From positions 1 through 13,085 of the forward strand of contig PKZK01000164.1 of NCBI GenBank assembly GCA_003133025.1: a DNA stretch of 13,085 nucleotides, in the 5' to 3' direction. Position numbers and translations under genes: made by a program. This stretch comes from Vulcanimicrobiota bacterium. Lineage in GTDB: Bacteria > Vulcanimicrobiota > Vulcanimicrobiia > Vulcanimicrobiales > Vulcanimicrobiaceae. Below are positions 7,939-13,085 of the stretch, piece by piece. Positions within the stretch are counted from its first letter, which is position 1. The number at the start of each line of letters is the position of its first letter. Under the pieces are notes generated by a model that worked only from the letters and a program-made list of their open reading frames with translations, was not told where the DNA came from and searched no databases.

Positions 7939-7972
7939 GACGGCGCGGGAACCTTGCGATTCCCGCGCCGTC
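7939..7972 (-). terminator. Strong stem-loop between the YncE-phosphoesterase gene and the first lipoprotein phosphoesterase (terminator or stabiliser)
   Basis: Perfect 13-bp inverted repeat GACGGCGCGGGAA (7939-7951)/TTCCCGCGCCGTC (7960-7972). On the minus-strand RNA it extends by U-G and C-G pairs to close a GCAA (GNRA) tetraloop. No clear U-tract. Confidence 0.6.
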
Positions 7973-8016
7973 CGGTTGCGCAGCGAGAGCGGGCCTAGCC
8001 GCCCGGGCAGCGCCGG

Positions 8017-10998
8017 CTAGTCGTCGTCACCCTTGAAGGCCGCGACGGTCTTCCTTGGCGGGAGCGTTCCCCGGCCGGTGATGCCGTACTCCAGGAGCGC
8101 GTTGTAATAGGCGGAGTCGAGGTGGTCCGGCTCGTGGAAGTCCATGCCGGAGGTCATCTTGCTCCACCATCTGCCGTCGTGGCGCTGCGGCACGGCGCGG
8201 CTCTTGCGGTGATTTCCCCCGTTGCAGGCCGGCACGAGATCGGGGTGGACCGGCGGCTGACAGAGCGAGCCGGGGATGATCGCCGTGTAGGTCTGCAGGT
8301 TGGGCGAGTTGGTGAACACGTCGGACATCGGCGCCGCATTGTCGTCGTTGATGCCCAGCGGCGCGAGCCCCAGGAGATCCTCGACGGTACGCAGCGAGTT
8401 GAGCGTCGTGTACGTGGTGTGATCGAGCGAGCTCGCCTTCACGTACGGCGAGATGATGTGAATGATCGAGCGATGGGCCTCGACGTGGTCTTGACCGTCC
8501 TGCGGATCGTCTTCGAGCATGACGATCGCCGTCGAACCCCAGTAGGGCCCGTTGGAGACGGTCTGAACGAGTTGACCGATCGCGTAGTCGTGGTCGGCCA
8601 GCTCGAGCTGCGGAGTATTCAGACCTTCGAGCGCGGTGCTGAACGAGCCGGTGTGGTCGTGCGGGATCGTCATCACTTCGAGACTCGGCATGTTACCGGC
8701 GGTCACGTAGTTGTTGTATTCGCGCGTCCACTCTTCGATGCGCCAGATGTCGGGATAGGTCTGGTCGAAGGCGCGGTAATATTCGTCGGTGATGGGCTGG
8801 ATCGAGGGCGTGCTCGGCGACGACTGCAGCGTCCCGCTGTTGTAGGGGTTCCGCACGGCCGGCGGGTCGAACGGCGTGTTCGTTCCATAATAGGTGAGGT
8901 CGTCGTTCCAGCCGTAAGCGCGCACGGAGAGTCCGGCGCGTAGCGCGTCCTCCCAGATATACCCGCCGATCGTTCCGGGAGCCAGGTTGTCGGCGCCCTC
9001 GGAAGCCGTCGGGTCTTGATAGCCGGGCAGAATGGTCGACGAACCCGACGGATCGAGCAGACCCGTGATGCGCGTGTTGAAGATCGAATTTCCGCCGGTG
9101 GGCGGCAAGCCGAGATTCATGTACTTGACGATGCCTTGCCAATCGTACGTAAACCCGTACCCGTTGGAATTTCCGTAGTCGACCGGCTGGGTTTGCTCGA
9201 GGAAGGCGTTGGTGTGGCCCTGCATGTTCCAGTTCCAGCCGACGCCGCTGGTTTCGCTCGCGTCGTAGAAGTTGTCCAGGGTCACGAAGTTGCGCGCGAG
9301 CGCGTGGAGATTCGGCGTGATCGGCTGATTGAAGAAGGCGAGCTTCGGCTGCCCGTTCGCACCGTTGTTGAGATCGCCGAGCACCTGATCGTACGTGCGG
9401 TTCTCGTTGACGATGAAGATGACGTGCTTGATGACGGTGCGCAGGAAGGCCATCTCCGGGCTATCGTTGGGCGTCCCGAAGCCGTTGTTCGCGTTTACCT
9501 GATTGGTCAGGTACGCGAGTTGCGTCGAGTCGGGTACGGGCAGCGAGACGATGCCACCCTTCTCGGCCTCCCACGTATACGTGTTGGTCGACGTCTTGTT
9601 CAGCGAAATACCGTACGGCGTATTCCAGGAATAGTACGTCTGGCCGGGGTTCGGACCAACGTTCGATTTTTCGTTGACCGACCAGAGGTACTTGCCGTTC
9701 TGGCTGACGCGGACCGAGGTCGGATACCAGCCGACCGGGATGCGGCCGAGCACGGTCTGCGACTTGACGTTGACCACCGCGATCGCGTTTTCACCGCCGA
9801 GCGACACGTACAACGTGGTGCCGTCGGGCGACACGGCGATGTCGTCCGGGTTGGAACCCTTGTACGGGTTGCCGGGCCGCGACAGGCTGATCGTCGAGAT
9901 GATCGAGTCGGTCGCGGTGTTGATGGCCACGATCGAATCGTCGTTGCCGCAGGCAACGTAGAGCACGCCTTGGTTCGGGCTGAGCACCATCTTGTTCGGG
10001 CCCGACGGCACGGTGATCACCGACGACAGCGACGTGCCCGAGATGACCATGACCTGGTTGTCGCGCTGGCTGCTCACGTACGCCTTCATGTACGCGCCGG
10101 AACTGGGGTTGCTCACGACCTGCACCCAAAACGGGTACTCGCCCTGCGCGACCGTGCCGCCGGGTGTAAAGAAGACGACTTCGCTCGAAACCGCGCGCGT
10201 GGCCATGTTGACGATCGAGGCCGAGGCGTTGCCGTAGTTGGCCACGACCATCGTCTGACCGTCGCGGCTGATGTCGACGCCGCCGGCGATTGCGCCCGTG
10301 ACCAGCGCCGGAACCGCTTGGCCCGCGATCGTGTGCGCCAGCAGGCCGCCGTCGTGGTTGGGAATCGGCGCCTGATCGTTGGAGTTGTGATTGAGGATCA
10401 CGAACGGACCGTTGGGTTGAAACCGGCTCGAGGGCGGATTCGAGGGGATCGCGGTGTAGACCAGGATCCGATCGTCGACGCCGCCCGAAACGTAGAAGCT
10501 GTTGCCGCTGGGATCCCAGACCAAACCTTCATAGGTGTTGGGAATCGGGATCTGTTGCAGTTTTCTCGGAACGCCCTTGCTCACGTCGTAGACGAAGACC
10601 CACTCGGCCTGATTCAACGTTATCGAACTGGGCTGTCCCGTGACCGGGTTGAGTTGCGAAAACAAGAAGGGCACGAAACCAGGCCCTTGCTGGTAGAACG
10701 AATTATTGAAGCCGCTCGTGAGCACGAGCAACTTCGTGCCGTCGGGGCTGAGCGATTCGGAGACGGCGTCGTCGGCGTCGGCGTTCCCGTCGCGACGCAA
10801 ACCCGTCGCTAGACGCTGATACCTCGAACCCGTCGCAGCGGTCGCGGTGATCGATTGACCGGTCGGAATGAATGTCGGACCGCCGTTCGTGCCCCACGCA
10901 TTGGTCTTGACCGCGGCTTGCGCCGCGGTGCCGTACGAGCCGAACAAAGCCGCGGCCAACGCCGAGGCGATAACGCCTCGCGAAGGAAACCACTTCAA
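8017..10998 (-). CDS. Secreted bifunctional YncE/YVTN beta-propeller + phosphoesterase (alkaline phosphatase superfamily) protein, ~993 aa
   Basis: TTG 10998 with GGAGG 7 nt upstream, and a Sec signal ending AAQA. Propeller repeats include LSPDGTKLLV, ISRDGQTMVV, LSPNQGVLYV, VSPDGTTLYV and IPVGWYPTSV. The C-domain has IKHVIFIVNENRTYDQVLGD, LDNFYDASETSG, PHDHTG and EDDPQDGQDHVEAHRS. Ends GDDD. Confidence 0.9.
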   Translation of the reverse strand: MKWFPSRGVIASALAAALFGSYGTAAQAAVKTNAWGTNGGPTFIPTGQSITATAATGSRYQRLATGLRRDGNADADDAVSESLSPDGTKLLVLTSGFNNSFYQQGPGFVPFLFSQLNPVTGQPSSITLNQAEWVFVYDVSKGVPRKLQQIPIPNTYEGLVWDPSGNSFYVSGGVDDRILVYTAIPSNPPSSRFQPNGPFVILNHNSNDQAPIPNHDGGLLAHTIAGQAVPALVTGAIAGGVDISRDGQTMVVANYGNASASIVNMATRAVSSEVVFFTPGGTVAQGEYPFWVQVVSNPSSGAYMKAYVSSQRDNQVMVISGTSLSSVITVPSGPNKMVLSPNQGVLYVACGNDDSIVAINTATDSIISTISLSRPGNPYKGSNPDDIAVSPDGTTLYVSLGGENAIAVVNVKSQTVLGRIPVGWYPTSVRVSQNGKYLWSVNEKSNVGPNPGQTYYSWNTPYGISLNKTSTNTYTWEAEKGGIVSLPVPDSTQLAYLTNQVNANNGFGTPNDSPEMAFLRTVIKHVIFIVNENRTYDQVLGDLNNGANGQPKLAFFNQPITPNLHALARNFVTLDNFYDASETSGVGWNWNMQGHTNAFLEQTQPVDYGNSNGYGFTYDWQGIVKYMNLGLPPTGGNSIFNTRITGLLDPSGSSTILPGYQDPTASEGADNLAPGTIGGYIWEDALRAGLSVRAYGWNDDLTYYGTNTPFDPPAVRNPYNSGTLQSSPSTPSIQPITDEYYRAFDQTYPDIWRIEEWTREYNNYVTAGNMPSLEVMTIPHDHTGSFSTALEGLNTPQLELADHDYAIGQLVQTVSNGPYWGSTAIVMLEDDPQDGQDHVEAHRSIIHIISPYVKASSLDHTTYTTLNSLRTVEDLLGLAPLGINDDNAAPMSDVFTNSPNLQTYTAIIPGSLCQPPVHPDLVPACNGGNHRKSRAVPQRHDGRWWSKMTSGMDFHEPDHLDSAYYNALLEYGITGRGTLPPRKTVAAFKGDDD

Positions 10999-11005
10999 CT
11001 GAGAC

Positions 11006-11010
11006 CCTCC
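11006..11010 (-). promoter_or_regulatory. Shine-Dalgarno GGAGG for the TTG start at 10998
   Basis: CCTCC on + at 11006-11010, 7-nt spacer to TTG. Confidence 0.75.
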
Positions 11011-11051
11011 AGTCCAGAAGAGGCCGCTGCACATTCCGCGACCCTACCCGC

Positions 11052-11094
11052 ACGGTACGCCCCTCAGGTTAAGCGCAGTTTACGTTCGATTAAG
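11052..11094 (-). promoter_or_regulatory. Pho-box-like direct repeats plus candidate -10 element
   Basis: Minus strand reads CTTAATCG (11094-11087) aa CGTAAACT (11084-11077) gcg CTTAACCT (11073-11066), then 8 nt, then TACCGT (11057-11052). An alternative -10 is TAGGGT (11046-11041). This is an AT-rich island directly upstream of three phosphoesterase genes. Confidence 0.5.
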
Positions 11095-12189
11095 GTTAGC
11101 GAGTTCGTTGTAACGAGTTAGTGTTTGCTGCAACACCACCTCGCGCGCATATTTCGCGCGTGCGCCGCCGCGTTGCGCCATCGCGCCTTCCCATGCCGCA
11201 TCGATGTGACTCCACGCGTCGCGCACGCCCTGCGCGAATCCGGCGACGTCGTCGGGAACGAGCCAGCCGACGTCTAGGCCTTCCAGCGCATCTTTGAACG
11301 CGCCCGCGTTGGCCGCGACCACCGGGATGCCCGCGCAGAGCGCGGCGAGCACGATCTGGGGTTGCGCGTCGACGGTGATCGGCGACACGAGCATATCGAC
11401 TTCGGCAAAGAATTGCGCGGGCGCGATATCGCCGCGGAACTCGACGGCTTTCTCGACGCCCATTTGGCGCGCGTGCGCGGCGACGAATTGCCGCGACGGT
11501 CCGTCGCCCGCGACGATCAGTCGCGCGCCCGGCATATCCTTGCGCAAGAGCGCGACGGCGTCGATTGCGGTCTGCCACGCCGGATCGGGCGCAAGCCGTC
11601 CGTACCAGCCCACGATCGGACCGGGCCGGCCCGGAGCGCGGGCCAGCACGGGGTCCGTGTCCTCCAAGCCGTCGACGCCGTGGGGCACGATGCTGAACGT
11701 GCCCGGGCTAAAATCGAAACGGCGCTCGAGCGCGCCGGCCAGCGTCGGGTACGCCGAGGTCAACGCCGCGGCCCGCTGCAGATAGCGCGGAAACCGCTCG
11801 TCGACCATCTTTTGCGGCAATTCGCGATTGCGCAACGGATCGTGAAACGAAGCGATCGTGCGCGCCGCCAAGCCGTCGGGAAAGGTGCCCAGCGAGACGG
11901 AGATCGCGGGCCAGCCGTGGGCGTGAATGATGTCCGGACGGAAGCCCTGCACCGCCGCGCGCAGGCGGCGCACGGCGATGTACACGCCCACGAAGGAGAG
12001 CGGCTTCCAACCTTCGACCCAGATGCGCCGGCGCGCGAAGGAGCGCACGTCGGGATCGGGCGCCAGGACGCGAAGGTCGAAGCTCTCGCGCAGGTGCGCG
12101 CAGGTTTCGAGCACGTCGCTGTGCATCGTCGCGCCGTACGGCGAGACCAGCACCAAGACGCGCGGCCTGCGCGGGCGGACGTCGCTCAA
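11080..12189 (-). CDS. Glycosyltransferase family 4 (GT-B fold) protein with degenerate donor-binding motifs, 369 aa
   Basis: FRPDIIHAHG, IVPHGVD, VGWYGRL, LIVAGDGP, VEFRG and AGIPVVA. The TTG start overlaps the recN TGA (TTGA). Confidence 0.85.
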   Translation of the reverse strand: MSDVRPRRPRVLVLVSPYGATMHSDVLETCAHLRESFDLRVLAPDPDVRSFARRRIWVEGWKPLSFVGVYIAVRRLRAAVQGFRPDIIHAHGWPAISVSLGTFPDGLAARTIASFHDPLRNRELPQKMVDERFPRYLQRAAALTSAYPTLAGALERRFDFSPGTFSIVPHGVDGLEDTDPVLARAPGRPGPIVGWYGRLAPDPAWQTAIDAVALLRKDMPGARLIVAGDGPSRQFVAAHARQMGVEKAVEFRGDIAPAQFFAEVDMLVSPITVDAQPQIVLAALCAGIPVVAANAGAFKDALEGLDVGWLVPDDVAGFAQGVRDAWSHIDAAWEGAMAQRGGARAKYAREVVLQQTLTRYNELANLNRT

Positions 12190-13085
12190 CGGCGCGCCGC
12201 GCGCGGGCTCTTCTGCCGGTGTGCGTCGCTCAAGAGCGTCGCCGCGTGCTCCCGCGCGACGCCGGCCGTGCTGCCCGAGAGCATCCGGGCCAATTCGTCG
12301 ACGATCGCCTCGCGGTCGCGCAGTTCCACGAGTTCGATCGTGGTCGCGCCACGTTTCTCGTTCTTACGCAATGCGTAGTGCCGGTCGGCCCACGAGGCGA
12401 TTTGGGCGAGATGGGTAACGCAGACGACCTGGCTGACGCGAGCGAGAGAACCGAGACGCACGCCCACAGCGTTGGCGGTCGAGCCGCCGATTCCGGCATC
12501 GATCTCGTCGAAGACCAGCGCGCTCGGTTCGCGACGCCCGGCGAGCACGACCGCGAGCGCGAGCAACACGCGCGAGAGTTCGCCGCCGGAGGCGGCCTTG
12601 GCCAACGCTCGCGCCGGTTCGCCGGGATTGGCCGAGAGTGCGAACTCGGCGCGCTCGCGACCGTTCGGCCCGATCTCCGGCAGCGCTTCGAGGGATACGC
12701 CGAACCGTGCGGCGGGCATGGCCAGACCCGCGAGTTCCTCCGCGACGCGCGCCTCGAGCGCACGCGCCGCGCTCGCGCGCAGCTCGCCGAGCGTAGCGGC
12801 CACCGACTCGAGCGCGGCGCGCGCGGCGGCGGCGGCCGCCTCGAGCGTAGCCAAGCGCTCGTCGCGCGTTTCTTCCCGCTCGACCAATTCCGCGAAGCCC
12901 TCGCGGGCGGCTTCGAGATCGTCCTGCTTGCGGCCGTACTTCTTCTTCACGCGTTCGAGCGCGTCGAGCCGCTGCACGGCACGTTCGAGTTCGTCCGGAT
13001 CGAACTCCGTGCCTTCGGCGAGCCGCGCCACGGTCGCGGCCGCCGAGCGCGAACTCGAGGTCATCGATACGCGCAAGCGCCAGAC
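12186..13085 (-). CDS. recN: DNA repair protein RecN, C-terminal half (partial; apparent frame break near 13045)
   Basis: EFDPDELE..RLDALERVKKKYG, SANPGEP, signature ASGGELSR, Walker B LVFDEIDAGIGG and QVVCVTHLAQIA. The N-terminal ATPase half lies outside the window. Confidence 0.93.
   Translation of the reverse strand, partial: VWRLRVSMTSSSRSAAATVARLAEGTEFDPDELERAVQRLDALERVKKKYGRKQDDLEAAREGFAELVEREETRDERLATLEAAAAAARAALESVAATLGELRASAARALEARVAEELAGLAMPAARFGVSLEALPEIGPNGRERAEFALSANPGEPARALAKAASGGELSRVLLALAVVLAGRREPSALVFDEIDAGIGGSTANAVGVRLGSLARVSQVVCVTHLAQIASWADRHYALRKNEKRGATTIELVELRDREAIVDELARMLSGSTAGVAREHAATLLSDAHRQKSPRAARR

Noticed and set aside
5097..10812. Long plus-strand ORFs 5097-6308, 6475-7998, 8122-8943 and 9016-10812
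   Set aside because: Antisense shadows of GC3-rich real genes. They are Arg/Val/Gly-rich with no recognisable motifs.
10999..11034. ATG 11034 as start of the propeller-phosphoesterase
   Set aside because: TTG 10998 has a well-spaced GGAGG and yields a typical signal peptide.
11581..12066. Pentapeptide LAPDP occurring twice in the glycosyltransferase
   Set aside because: Flanking sequence is not similar, so it is most likely chance.

Overview
GC-rich bacterial chromosomal segment. The PPDDD-ending lipoprotein phosphoesterases recall Vulcanimicrobiota/Eremiobacterota, but that is recollection, not a tested assignment. From left to right: the 5' end of a TonB-like gene (-), an alpha/beta hydrolase (-) divergent from a class A beta-lactamase (+), and pyruvate kinase (+). 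A long minus-strand run follows, in transcription order: recN (partial, apparently frameshifted near the window edge), an atypical GT4 glycosyltransferase, a secreted YncE beta-propeller/phosphoesterase fusion, two tandem ~90%-identical lipoprotein phosphoesterases (PLC/AcpA family), an isochorismatase-family cysteine hydrolase and a PLP Ser/Thr dehydratase. The most notable points are a candidate Pho-regulated organophosphate-scavenging locus (CTTAACCT-type repeats upstream; all three phosphoesterases end in Asp-Asp-Asp), a beta-lactamase with Ser at Ambler 170, a GT4 lacking canonical donor-binding residues, and the recN frame break. No RNA genes, CRISPR arrays or mobile elements were recognised.
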